The notes under the pieces are model-generated. The model was not told where the DNA came from and searched no databases. It was given only the letters and a program-made list of their open reading frames with translations. 64,000 nt of DNA from contig CM082579.2 of assembly GCA_040954595.2 (NCBI GenBank), positions 13,827,834 to 13,891,833 on the forward strand. Direction: 5' to 3'. Position numbers and translations under genes: made by a program. Shown here piece after piece: positions 1 to 15,000 of the stretch (positions are counted from its first letter, which is position 1; every line of letters starts with the position of its first letter). This stretch comes from Balanoglossus misakiensis (taxonomy: Eukaryota > Animalia > Hemichordata).

Positions 1-3000
1 CGATGACATTGAATCTGATTCTTTGCATCAGGGTATATGGCGTAGCAAGCTTTATGATGCATCAGGGTAGATAGTGATGCAAACACTTCACTTTGACATG
101 GGTATTAAATGCATATGGGGATTTCAGGTTGTTGAAAAATCTGTGGGTTAATACGTGTCCAAAAGCACTGTACTTTGACATTGCTAATGCAACGATGACA
201 TTGAATCTGATTCTTTGCATCAGGGTAAATGGCGAAGCAAGGTTGATTATGCATCAGGGTAGATAGTGATGCAAGCTCTGCACTTTGACATGGGTATAAA
301 ATGCCTACAGGGGGATTTAAAGTTGTCTGTAAATCCCTGGGTTAATATGTGGCGGAAAGCACTGTACTTTGACATTGCATATGCAATGGTGACATTGAAT
401 GGGATTCTTTGCATTAGGGCAAATGGCGAAGCAAGCTCAATTATGCATCAGAGTAGATGGTGATGCAAACTCTGCACTTTCACATGGGTATTTAATGTTA
501 AATGTAAATCCATAGGTTAATACGTGGCCAAAAGCACTCTAATTTGACATTGCTAATGCAACGATGACATTGAATCTGATTCTTTGCATCAGGGCAAATG
601 GCGAAGCAAGGTTGATGATGCATCAGGGTAGATAGTGATGCAATCACTTCACTTTGACATGTTTATTAAATGCATATGGGGATTTCAAGTTGATGATAAA
701 TCCCTGGGTTAATACGTGTCCAAAAGCAATGTACTTTGACATTGCTAATGTAACGATGACATTGAATATGATTCTTTGCATCAGGGTAAATGGCGTAGCA
801 AGCTTTATGATGCATCAGGGTAGATAGTGATGCAAACACTTCACTTTGACATGGGTATTAAATGCATATGGGGAATTCAGGTTGTTGAAAAATCTGTGGG
901 TTAATATGTGTCGAAAAGCACTGTACTTTGACATTGCTAATGCAATGATGACATTGAATCTGATTCTTTGCATCAGGGTAAATGGCGTAGCAAGCTTTAT
1001 GATGCATCAGGGTAGATAGTAATGCAAACACTTCACTTTGACATGGGTATTAAATGCATATGGGGATTTCAGGTTGTTGAAAAATCTGTGGGTTAATACG
1101 TGTCGAAAAGCACTGTACTTTGACATTGCTAATGCAATGATGACATTGAATCTGATTCTTTGCATCAGGGTAAATGGCGTAGCAAGCTTTATGATGCATC
1201 AGGGTAGATAGTGATGCAAACACTTCACTTTGACATGGGTATAAAATGCCTACAGGGGGATTTAAAGTTGTCTGTAAATCCCTGGGTTAATATGTGTCCA
1301 AAAACACTGTACTTTGACATTGCTAATGCAGCGATGACATTGAATCTGATTCTTTGCATCAGGGTAAATGGCGAAGCAAGGTAGATGATGCATCAGGGTA
1401 GATAGTGATGCAAACACTTCACTTTGACATGGGTATTAAATGCATATGGGGATTTCAGGTTGTTGAAAAATCTGTGGGTTAATACGTGTCCAAAAGCACT
1501 GTACTTTGACATTGCATATGCAATGGTGACATTGAATGGGATTCTTTGCATTAGGGCAAATGGCGAAGCAAGCTCAATGATGCATCAGAGTAGATGGTGA
1601 TGCAAACTCTGCACTTTCACATGGGTATTTAATGTTAAATGTAAATCCATAGGTTAATACGTGGCCAAAAGCACTCTAATTTGACATTGCTAATGGAACG
1701 ATGACATTGAATCTGATTCTCTGCATCAGGGCAAATGGCGAAGCAAGGTTGATGATGCATCAGGGTAGATAGTGATGCAATCACTTCACTTTGACATTGG
1801 TATTAAATGCATATGGGGATTTCAAGTTGATGATAAATCCCTGGGTTAATACGTGTCCAAAAGCACTGTACTTTGACATTGCTAATGCAACGATGACATT
1901 GAATCTGATTCTTTGCATCAGGGTATATGGCGTAGCAAGCTTTATGATGCATCAGGGTAGATAGTGATGCAAACACTTCACTTTGACATGGGTATTAAAT
2001 GCATATGGGGATTTCAGGTTGTTGAAAAATCTGTGGGTTAATACGTGTCCAAAAGCACTGTACTTTGACATTGCTAATGCAACGATGACATTGAATCTGA
2101 TTCTTTGCATCAGGGTAAATGGCGAAGCAAGGTTGATTATGCATCAGGGTAGATAGTGATGCAAGCTCTGCACTTTGACATGGGTATAAAATGCCTACAG
2201 GGGGATTTAAAGTTGTCTGTAAATCCCTGGGTTAATATGTGGCGGAAAGCACTGTACTTTGACATTGCATATGCAATGGTGACATTGAATGGGATTCTTT
2301 GCATTAGGGCAAATGGCGAAGCAAGCTCAATTATGCATCAGAGTAGATGGTGATGCAAACTCTGCACTTTCACATGGGTATTTAATGTTAAATGTAAATC
2401 CATAGGTTAATACGTGGCCAAAAGCACTCTAATTTGACATTGCTAATGCAACGATGACATTGAATCTGATTCTTTGCATCAGGGCAAATGGCGAAGCAAG
2501 GTTGATGATGCATCAGGGTAGATAGTGATGCAATCACTTCACTTTGACATGGGTATTAAATGCATATGGGGATTTCAAGTTGATGATAAATCCCTGGGTT
2601 AATACGTGTCCAAAAGCAATGTACTTTGACATTGCTAATGTAACGATGACATTGAATATGATTCTTTGCATCAGGGTAAATGGCGTAGCAAGCTTTATGA
2701 TGCATCAGGGTAGATAGTGATGCAAACACTTCACTTTGACATGGGTATTAAATGCATATGGGGAATTCAGGTTGTTGAAAAATCTGTGGGTTAATATGTG
2801 TCGAAAAGCACTGTACTTTGACATTGCTAATGCAATGATGACATTGAATCTGATTCTTTGCATCAGGGTAAATGACGTAGCAAGGTTTATGATGCATCAG
2901 GGTAGATAGTGATGCAAACACTTCACTTTGACATGGGTATAAAATGCCTACAGGGGGATTTAAAGTTGTCTGTAAATCCCTGGGTTAATACGTGTCCAAA

Positions 3001-6000
3001 AGCACTGTACTTTGACATTGCTAATGCAACGATGACATTGAATCTGATTCTTTGCATCAGGGTAAATGGCGAAGCAAGGTTGATGATGCATCAGGGTAGA
3101 TAGTGATGCAAGCTCTGCACTTTGACATGGGTATAAAATGCCTACAGGGGGATTTAAAGTTGTCTGTACATCCCTGGGTTAATACGTGGCGGATAGCACT
3201 GTACTTTGACATTGCTAATGCAATGATGACATTGAATCTGATTCTTTGCATCAGGGTAAATGGCGTAGCAAGCTTTATGATGCATCAGGGTAGATAGTGA
3301 TGCAAACACTTCACTTTGACATGGGTATAAAATGCCTACAGGGGGATTTAAAGTTGTCTGTAAATCCCTGGGTTAATATGTGTCCAAAAACACTGTACTT
3401 TGACATTGCTAATGCAGCGATGACATTGAATCTGATTCTTTGCATCAGGGTAAATGGCGAAGCAAGGTAGATGATGCATCAGGGTAGATAGTGATGCAAG
3501 CTCTGCACTTTGACATGGGTATAAAATGCCTACAGGGGGATTTAAAGTTGTCTGTAAATCCCTGGGTTAATACGTGGCGGAAAGCACTGTACTTTGACAT
3601 TGCATATGCAATGGTGACATTGAATGGGATTCTTTGCATTAGGGCAAATGGCGAAGCAAGCTCAATGATGCATCAGAGTAGATGGTGATGCAAACTCTGC
3701 ACTTTCACATGGGTATTTAATGTTAAATGTAAATCCATAGGTTAATACGTGGCCAAAAGCACTCTAATTTGACATTGCTAATGGAACGATGACATTGAAT
3801 CTGATTCTCTGCATCAGGGCAAATGGCGAAGCAAGGTTGATGATGCATCAGGGTAGATAGTGATGCAATCACTTCACTTTGACATTGGTATTAAATGCAT
3901 ATGGGGATTTCAAGTTGATGATAAATCCCTGGGTTAATACGTGTCCAAAAGCACTGTACTTTGACATTGCTAATGCAACGTTGACATTGAATCTGATTCT
4001 TTGCATCAGGGTATATGGCGTAGCAAGCTTTATGATGCATCAGGGTAGATAGTGATGCAAACACTTCACTTTGACATGGGTATTAAATGCATATGGGGAT
4101 TTCAGGTTGTTGAAAAATCTGTGGGTTAATACGTGTCCAAAAGCACTGTACTTTGACATTGCTAATGCAACGATGACATTGAATCTGATTCTTTGCATCA
4201 GGGTAAATGGCGAAGCAAGGTTGATTATGCATCAGGGTAGATAGTGATGCAAGCTCTGCACTTTGACATGGGTATAAAATGCCTACAGGGGGATTTAAAG
4301 TTGTCTGTAAATCCCTGGGTTAATATGTGGCGGAAAGCACTGTACTTTGACATTGCATATGCAATGGTGACATTGAATGGGATTCTTTGCATTAGGGCAA
4401 ATGGCGAAGCAAGCTCAATTATGCATCAGAGTAGATGGTGATGCAAACTCTGCACTTTCACATGGGTATTTAATGTTAAATGTAAATCCATAGGTTAATA
4501 CGTGTCCAAAAGCACTCTAATTTGACATTGCTAATGCAACGATGACATTGAATCTGATTCTTTGCATCAGGGCAAATGGCGAAGCAAGGTTGATGATGCA
4601 TCAGGGTAGATAGTGATGCAATCACTTCACTTTGACATGGGTATTAAATGCATATGGGGATTTCAAGTTGATGATAAATCCCTGGGTTAATACGTGTCCA
4701 AAAGCAATGTACTTTGACATTGCTAATGTAACGATGACATTGAATATGATTCTTTGCATCAGGGTAAATGGCGTAGCAAGCTTTATGATGCATCAGGGTA
4801 GATAGTGATGCAAACACTTCACTTTGACATGGGTATTAAATGCATATGGGGAATTCAGGTTGTTGAAAAATCTGTGGGTTAATATGTGTCGAAAAGCACT
4901 GTACTTTGACATTGCTAATGCAATGATGACATTGAATCTGATTCTTTGCATCAGGGTAAATGGCGTAGCAAGGTTTATGATGCATCAGGGTAGATAGTGA
5001 TGCAAACACTTCACTTTGACATGGGTATAAAATGCCTACAGGGGGATTTAAAGTTGTCTGTAAATCCCTGGGTTAATACGTGTCCAAAAGCACTGTACTT
5101 TGACATTGCTAATGCAACGATGACATTGAATCTGATTCTTTGCATCAGGGTAAATGGCGAAGCAAGGTTGATGATGCATCAGGGTAGATAGTGATGCAAG
5201 CTCTGCACTTTGACATGGGTATAAAATGCCTACAGGGGGATTTAAAGTTGTCTGTAAATCCCTGGGTTAATACGTGGCGGATAGCACTGTACTTTGACAT
5301 TGCATATGCAATGGTGACATTGAATGGGATTCTTGGCATTAGGGCAAATGGCGAGGCAAGCTCAATGATGCATCAGAGTAGATGGTGATGCAAACTGTGC
5401 ACTTTCACATGGGTATTTAATGTTAAATGTAAATCCATAGGTTAATACGTGGCCAAAAGCACTCTAATTTGACATTGCAAATGGAACGATGACATTGAAT
5501 CTGATTCTTTGCATCAGGGCAAATGGCGAAGCAATGTTGATGATGCATCAGGGTAGATAGTGATGCAATCACTTCACTTTGACATGGGTATTAAATGCAT
5601 ATGGGGATTTCAGGTTGTTGAAAAATCTGTGGGTTAATACGTGTCGAAAAGCACTGTACTTTGACATTGCTAATGCAACGATGACATTGAATCTGATTCT
5701 TTGCATCAGGGTATATGGCGTAGCAAGCTTTATGATGCATCAGGGTAGATAGTGATGCAAACACTTCACTTTGACATGGGTATTAAATGCATATGGGGAT
5801 TTCAGGTTGTTGAAAAATCTGTGGGTTAATACGTGTCCAAAAGCACTGTACTTTGACATTGCTAATGCAACGATGACATTGAATCTGATTCTTTGCATCA
5901 GGGTAAATGGCGAAGCAAGGTTGATTATGCATCAGGGTAGATAGTGATGCAAGCTCTGCACTTTGACATGGGTATAAAATGCCTACAGGGGGATTTAAAG

Positions 6001-9000
6001 TTGTCTGTAAATCCCTGGGTTAATATGTGGCGGAAAGCACTGTACTTTGACATTGCATATGCAATGGTGACATTGAATGGGATTCTTTGCATTAGGGCAA
6101 ATGGCGAAGCAAGCTCAATTATGCATCAGAGTAGATGGTGATGCAAACTCTGCACTTTCACATGGGTATTTAATGTTAAATGTAAATCCATAGGTTAATA
6201 CGTGGCCAAAAGTACTCTAATTTGACATTGCTAATGCAACGATGACATTGAATCTGATTCTTTGCATCAGGGCAAATGGCGAAGCAAGGTTGATGATGCA
6301 TCAGGGTAGATAGTGATGCAATCACTTCACTTTGACATGGGTATTAAATGCATATGGGGATTTCAAGTTGATGATAAATCCCTGGGTTAATACGTGTCCA
6401 AAAGCAATGTACTTTGACATTGCTAATGTAACGATGACATTGAATATGATTCTTTGCATCAGGGTAAATGGCGTAGCAAGCTTTATGATGCATCAGGGTA
6501 GATAGTGATGCAAACATTTCACTTTGACATGGGTATTAAATGCATATGGGGAATTCAGGTTGTTGAAAAATCTGTGGGTTAATATGTGTCGAAAAGCACT
6601 GTACTTTGACATTGCTAATGCAATGATGACATTGAATCTGATTCTTTGCATCAGGCTAAATGGCGTAGCAAGGTTTATGATGCATCAGGGTAGATAGTGA
6701 TGCAAACACTTCACTTTGACATGGGTATAAAATGCCTACAGGGGGATTTAAAGTTGTCTGTAAATCCCAGGGTTAATACGTGTCCAAAAGCACTGTACTT
6801 TGACATTGCTAATGCAACGATGACATTGAATCTGATTCTTTGCATCAGGGTAAATGGCGAAGCAAGGTTGATGATGCATCAGGGTAGATAGTGATGCAAG
6901 CTCTGCACTTTGACATGTGTATAAAATGCCTACAGGGGGATTTAAAGTTGTCTGTAAATCCCTGGGTTAATACGTGGCTGAAAGCACTGTACTTTGACAT
7001 TGCATATGCAATGGTGACATTGAATGGGATTCTTTGCATTAGGGCAAATGGCGAAGCAAGCTCAATGATGCATCAGAGTAGATGGTGATGCAAACTCTGC
7101 ACTTTCACATGGGTATTTAATGTTAAATGTAAATCCATAGGTTAATACGTGGCCAAAAGCACTCTAATTTGACATTGCTAATGGAACGATGGCATTGAAT
7201 CTGATTCTTTGCATCAGGGCAAATGGCGAAGCAAGGTTGATGATGCATCAGGGTAGATAGTGATGCAATCACTTCACTTTGACATTGGTATTAAATGCAT
7301 ATGGGGATTTCAAGTTGATGATAAATCCCTGGGTTAATACGTGTCCAAAAGCACTGTACTTTGACATTGCTAATGCAACGATGACATTGAATCTGATTCT
7401 TTGCATCAGGGTAAATGGCGTAGCAAGCTTTATGATGCATCAGGGTAGATAGTGATGCAAACACTTCACTTTGTCATGGGTATTAAATGCATATGGGGAT
7501 TTCAGGTTGTTGAAAAATCTGTGGGTTAATACGTGTCCAAAAGCACTGTACTTTGACATTGCTAATGCAACGATGACATTGAATCTGATTCTTTGCATCA
7601 GGGTAAATGGCGTAGCAAGCTTTATGACGCATCAGGGTAGATAGTGATGCAAACACTTCACTTTGACATGGGTATAAAATGCCTACAGGGGGATTTAAAG
7701 TTGTCTGTAAATCCCTGGGTTAATACGTGTCCAAAAACACTGTACTTTGACATTGCTAATGCAGCGATGACATTGAATCTGATTCTTTGCATCAGGGTAA
7801 ATGGCGAAGCAAGGTTGATTATGCATCAGGGTAGATAGTGATGCAAGCTCTGCACTTTGACATAGGTATAAAATGCCTACAGGGGGATTTAAAGTTGTCT
7901 GTAAATCCCTGGGTTAATACGTGGCTGAAAGCACTGTACTTTGACATTGCATATGCAATGGTGACATTGAATGGGATTCTTTGCATTAGGGCAAATGGCG
8001 AAGCAAGCTCAATGATGCATCAGAGTAGATGGTGATGCAAACTCTGCACTTTCACATGGGTATTTAATGTTAAATGTAAATCCATAGGTTAATACGTGGC
8101 CAAAAGCACTCTAATTTGACATTGCTAATGCAACGATGACATTGAATCTGATTCTTTGCATCTGGGCAAATGGCGAAGCAAGGTTGATGATGCATCAGGG
8201 TAGATAGTGATACAATCACTTCACTTTGACATGGGTATTAAATGCATATGGGGATTTCAAGTTGATGATAAATCCCTGGGTTAATACGTGTCCAAAAGCA
8301 CTGTACTTTGACATTGCTAATGTAACGATGACATTGAATCTGATTCTTTGCATCAGGGTAAATGGCGTAGCAAGCTTTATGATGCATCAGGGTAGATAGT
8401 GATGCAAACACTTCACTTTGTCATGGGTATTAAATGCATATGGGGATTTCAGGTTGTTGAAAAATCTGTGGGTTAATACGTGTCCAAAAGCACTGTACTT
8501 TGACATTGCTAATGCAACGATGACATTGAATCTGATTCTTTGCATCAGGGTAAATGGCGTAGCAAGCTTTATGACGCATCAGGGTAGATAGTGATGCAAA
8601 CACTTCACTTTGACATGGGTATAAAATGCCTACAGGGGGATTTAAAGTTGTCTGTAAATCCCTGGGTTAATACGTGTCCAAAAACACTGTACTTTGACAT
8701 TGCTAATGCAGCGATGACATTGAATCTGATTCTTTGCATCAGGGTAAATGGGGAAGGAAGGTTGATGATGCATCAGGGTAGATAGTGATGCAAGCTCTGC
8801 ACTTTGACATGTGTATAAAATGCCTACAGGGGGATTTAAAGTTGTCTGTAAATCCCTGGGTTAATACGTGGCTGAAAGCACTGTACTTTGACATTGCATA
8901 TGCAATGGTGACATTGAATGGGATTCTTTGCATTAGGGCAAATGGCGAAGCAAGCTCAATGATGCATCGGAGTAGATGGTGATGCAAACTCTGCACTTTC

Positions 9001-12000
9001 ACATGGGTATTTAATGTTAAATGTAAATCCATAGGTTAATACGTGGCCAAAAGCACTCTAATTTGACATTGCTAATGGAACGATGACATTGAATCTGATT
9101 CTTTGCATCAGGGCAAACGGCGAAGCAAGGTTGATGATGCATCAGGGTAGATAGTGATGCAATCACTTCACTTTGACATTGGTATTAAATGCATATGGGG
9201 ATTTCAAGTTGATGATAAATCCCTGGGTTAATACGTGTCCAAAAGCACTGTACTTTGACATTGCTAATGCAACGATGACATTGAATCTGATTCTTTGCAT
9301 CAGGGTAAATGGCGTAGCAAGCTTTATGATGCATCAGGGTAGATAGTGATGCAAACACTTCACTTTGTCATGGGTATTAAATGCATATGGGGATTTCAGG
9401 TTGTTGAAAAATCTGTGGGTTAATACGTGTCCAAAAGCACTGTACTTTGACATTGCTAATGCAACGATGACATTGAATCTCATTCTTTGCATCAGGGTAA
9501 ATGGCGTAGCAAGCTTTATGACGCATCAGGGTAGATAGTGATGCAAAAACTTCACTTTGACATGTGTATAAAAAGCCTACAGGGGGATTTAAAGTTGTCT
9601 GTAAATCCCTGGGTTAATACGTGTCCAAAAACACTGTACTTTGACATTGCTAATGCAGCGATGACATTGAATCTGATTCTTTGCATCAGGGTAAATGGCG
9701 AAGCAAGGTTGATTATGCATCAGGGTAGATAGTGATGCAAGCTCTGCACTTTGACATGGGTATAAAATGCCTACAGGGGGATTTAAAGTTGTCTGTAAAT
9801 CCCTGGGTTAATACGTGGCTGAAAGCACTGTACTTTGACATTGCATATGCAATGGTGACATTGAATGGGATTCTTTGCATTAGGGCAAATGGCGAAGCAA
9901 GCTCAATGATGCATCAGAGTAGATGGTGATGCAAACTCTGCACTTTCACATGGGTATTTAATGTTAAATGTAAATCCATAGGTTAATACGTGGCCAAAAG
10001 CATGCTAATTTGACATTGCTAATGGAACGATGACATTGAATCTGATTCTTTGCATCTGGGCAAATGGCGAAGCAAGGTTGATGATGCATCAGGGTAGATA
10101 GTGATGCAATCACTTCACTTTGACATGGGTATTAAATGCATATGGGGATTTCAAGTTGATGATAAATCCCTGGGTTAATACGTGTCCAAAAGCGCTGTAC
10201 TTTGACATTGCTAATGTAACGATGACATTGAATCTGATTCTTTGCATCAGGGTAAATGGCGTAGCAAGCTTTATGATGCATCAGGGTAGATAGTGATGCA
10301 AACACTTCACTTTGACATGGGTATTAAATGCATATGGGGATTTCAGGTTGTTGAAAAATCTGTGGGTTAATACGTGTCGAAAAGCACTGTACTTTGACAT
10401 TGCTAATGCAATGATGACATTGAATCTGATTCTTTGCATCAGGGTAAATGGCGTAGCAAGCTTTATGATGCATCAGGGTAGATAGTGTTGCAAACACTTC
10501 ACTTTGACATGGGTATAAAATGCCTACAGGGGGATTTAAAGTTGTCTGTAAATCCCTGGGTTAATACGTGTCCAAAAGCACTGTACTTTGACATTGCTAA
10601 TGCAACGATGACATTGAATCTGATTCTTTGCATCAGGGTAAATGGCGAAGCAAGGTTCATTATGCATCAGGGTAGATAGTGATGCAAGCTCTGCACTTTG
10701 ACATGGGTATAAAATGCCTACAGGGGGATTTAAAGTTGTCTGTAAATCCCTGGGTTAATACGTGGCGGAAAGCACTGTACTTTGACATTGCATATGCAAT
10801 GGTGACATTGAATGGGATTCTTTGCATTAGGGCAAATGGCGAAGCAAGCTCAATGATGCATCAGAGTAGATGGTGATGCAAACTCTGCACTTTCACATGG
10901 GTATTTAATGTTAAATGTAAATCCATAGGTTAATACGTGGCCAAAAGCACTCTAATTTGACATTGCTAATGGAACGATGACATTGAATCTGATTCTTTGC
11001 ATCTGGGCAAATGGCGAAGCAAGGTTGATGATGCATCAGGGTAGATAGTGATGCAATCACTTCACTTTGACATGGGTATTAAATGCATATGGGGATTTCA
11101 AGTTGATGATAAATCCCTGGGTTAATACGTGTCCAAAAGCACTGTACTTTGACATTGCTAATGTAACGATGACATTGAATCTGATTCTTTGCATCAGGGT
11201 AAATGGCGTAGCAAGCTTTATGATGCATCAGGGTAGATAGTGATGCAAACACTTCACTTTGACATGGGTATTAAATGCATATGGGGATTTCAGGTTGTTG
11301 AAAAATCTGTGGGTTAATACGTGTCGAAAAGCACTGTACTTTGACATTGCTAATGCAATGATGACATTGAATCTGATTCTTTGCATCAGGGTAAATGGCG
11401 TAGCAAGCTTTATGATGCATCAGGGTAGATAGTGTTGCAAACACTTCACTTTGACATGGGTATAAAATGCCTACAGGGGGATTTAAAGTTGTCTGTAAAT
11501 CCCTGGGTTAATACGTGTCCAAAAGCACTGTACTTTGACATTGCTAATGCAACGATGACATTGAATCTGATTCTTTGCATCAGGGTAAATGGCGAAGCAA
11601 GGTTCATTATGCATCAGGGTAGATAGTGATGCAAGCTCTGCACTTTGACATGGGTATAAAATGCCTACAGGGGGATTTAAAGTTGTCTGTAAATCCCTGG
11701 GTTAATACGTGGCGGAAAGCACTGTACTTTGACATTGCATATGCAATGGTGACATTGAATGGGATTCTTTGCATTAGGGCAAATGGCGAAGCAAGCTCAA
11801 TGATGCATCAGAGTAGATGGTGATGCAAACTCTGCACTTTCACATGGGTATTTAATGTTAAATGTAAATCCATAGGTTAATACGTGGCCAAAAGCACTCT
11901 AATTTGACATTGCTAATGGAACGATGACATTGAATCTGATTCTTTGCATCAGGGCAAATGGCGAAGCAAGGTTGATGATGCATTAGGGTAGATAGTGATG

Positions 12001-15000
12001 CAATCACTTCACTTTGACATGGGTATTAAATGCATATGGGGATTTCAAGTTGATGATAAATCCCTGGGTTAATACGTGTCCAAAAGCACTGTACTTTGAC
12101 ATTGCTAATGTAACAATGACATTGAATATGATTCTTTGCATCAGGGTAAATGGCCTAGCAAGCTTTATGATGCATCAGGGTAGATAGTGATGCAAACACT
12201 TCACTTTGACATGGGTATTAAATGCATATGGGGATTTCAGGTTGTTGAAAAATCTGTGGGTTAATACGTGTCGAAAAGCACTGTACTTTGACATTGCTAA
12301 TGCAATGATGACATTGAATCTGATTCTTTGCATCAGGGTAAATGGCGAAGCAAGGTTGATGATGCATCAGGGTAGATAGTGATGCAAGCTCTGCACTTTG
12401 ACATGGGTATAAAATGCCTACAGGGGGATTTAAAGTTGTCTGTAAATCCCTGGGTTAATACGTGTCCAAAAGCACTGTACTTTGACATTGCTAATGCAAC
12501 GATGACATTGAATCTGATTCTTTGCATCAGGGTAAATGGCGAAGCAAGGTTGATGATGCATCAGGGTAGATAGTGATGCAAGCTCTGCACTTTGACATGG
12601 GTATAAAATGTCTACTGGGGGATTTAAAGTTGTCTGTAAATCCCTTGGTTAATACGCGGCGGAAAGCACTGTACTTGGACATTGCATATGCAATGGTGAC
12701 ATTGAATGGGATTCTTTGCATTAGGGCAAATGGCGAAGCAAGCTCAATGATGCATCAGAGTAGATGGTGATGCAAACTCTGCACTTTCACATGGGTATTT
12801 AATGTTAAATGTAAATCCATAGGTTAATACGTGGCCAAAAGCACTCTAATTTGACATTGCTAATGCAACGATGACATTGAATCTGATTCTTTGCATCAGG
12901 GCAAATGGCGAATCAAGGTTGATGATGCATCAGGGTAGATAGTGATGCAATCGCTTCAATTTGACATGGGTATTAAATGCATATGGGGATTTCAAGTTGA
13001 TGATAAATCCCTGGGTTAATACGTGTCCAAAAGCACTGTACTTTGACATTGCTAATGTAACGATGACATTGAATCTGATTCTTTGCATCAGGGTAAATGG
13101 CGTAGCAAGCTTTATGATGCATCAGGGTAGATAGTGATGCAAACACTTCACTTTGACATGGGTATTCAATGCATATGGGGATTTCAGGTTGGTGAAAAAT
13201 CTGTAGGTTAATTCGTGTCGAAAAGCACTGTACTTTGACATTGCTAATGCAATGATGACATTGAATCTGATTCTTTGCATCAGGGTAAATGGCGTAGCAA
13301 GCTTTATGATGCATCAGGGTAGATAGTGTTGCAAACACTTTACTTTGACATGGGTATAAAATGCCTACAGGGGGATTTAAAGTTGTCTGTAAATCCCTGG
13401 GTTAATACGTGTCCAAAAGCACTGTACTTTGACATTGCTAATGCAACGATGACATTGAATCTGATTCTTTGCATCAGGGTAAATGGCGAAGCAAGGTTGA
13501 TGATGCATCAGGGTAGATAGTGATGCAAGCTCTGCACTTTGACATGGGTATAAAATGCCTACAGGGGGATTTAAAGTTGTCTGTAAATCCCTGGGTTAAT
13601 ACGTGGCGGAAAGCACTGTACTTTGACATTGCATATGCAATGGTGACATTGAATGGGATTCTTTGCATTAGGGCAAATGGCGAAGCAAGCTCAATGATGC
13701 ATCAGAGTAGATGGTGATGCAAACTCTGCACTTTCACATGGGTATTTAATGTTAAATGTAAATCCATAGGTTAATACGTGGCCAAAAGCACTCTAATTTG
13801 ACATTGCTAATGGAACGATGACATTGAATCTGATTCTTTGCATCAGGGCAAATGGCGAAGCAAGGTTGATGATGCATCAGGGTAGATAGTGATGCAATCA
13901 CTTCACTTTGACATTGGTATTAAATGCATATGGGGATTTGAAATTGATGATAAATCCCTGGGTTAATACGTGTCCAAAAGCACTGTACTTTGACATTGCT
14001 AATGCAACGATGACATTGAATCTGATTCTTTGCATCAGGGTAAATGGCGTAGCAAGCTTTATGATGCATCAGGGTAGATAGTGATGCAAACACTTCACTT
14101 TGACATGGGTATTAAATGCATATGGGGATTTCAGGTTGTTGAAAAATCTGTGGGTTAATACGTGTCCAAAAGCACTGTACTTTGACATTGCTAATGCAAC
14201 GATGACATTTAATCTGATTCTTTGCATCTGGGCAAATGGCGAAGCAAGGTTGATGATGCATCAGGGTAGATAGTGATGCAATCACTTCACTTTGACATGG
14301 GTATTAAATGCACATGGGGATTTCAGGTTGTTGAAAAATCTGTGGGTTAATACGTGTCCAAAAGCACTGTACTTTGACATTGCTAATGCAACGATGACAT
14401 TGAATCTGATTCTTTGCATCAGGGTAAATGGCGTAGCAAGCTTTATGACGCATCAGGGTAGATAGTGATGCAAACACTTCACTTTGACATGGGTATAAAA
14501 TGCCTACAGCGGGATTTAAAGTTGTCTGTAAATCCCTGGGTTAATACGTGTCCAAAAGCACTGTACTTTGACATTGCTAATGCAGCGATGACATTGAATC
14601 TGATTCTTTGCATCAGGGTAAATGGCGAAGCAAGGTTGATGATGCATCAGGGTAGATAGTGATGCAAGCTCTGCACTTTGACATGGGTATAAAATGCCTA
14701 CAGGGGGATTTAAAGTTGTCTGTAAATCCCTGGGTTAATACGTGGCTGAAAGCACTGTACTTTGACATTGCATATGCAATGGTGACATTGAATGGGATTC
14801 TTTGCATTAGGGCAAATGGCGAAGCAAGCTCAATGATGCATCAGAGTAGATGGTGATGCAAACTCTGCACTTTGACATGGGTATTAAATGCATATGGGGA
14901 TTTCAGGTTGTTGAAAAATCTGTGGGTTAATACGTGTCCAAAAGCATTGTACTTTGACATTGCTAATGCAATGATGACATTGATCTGATTCTTTGCATCA

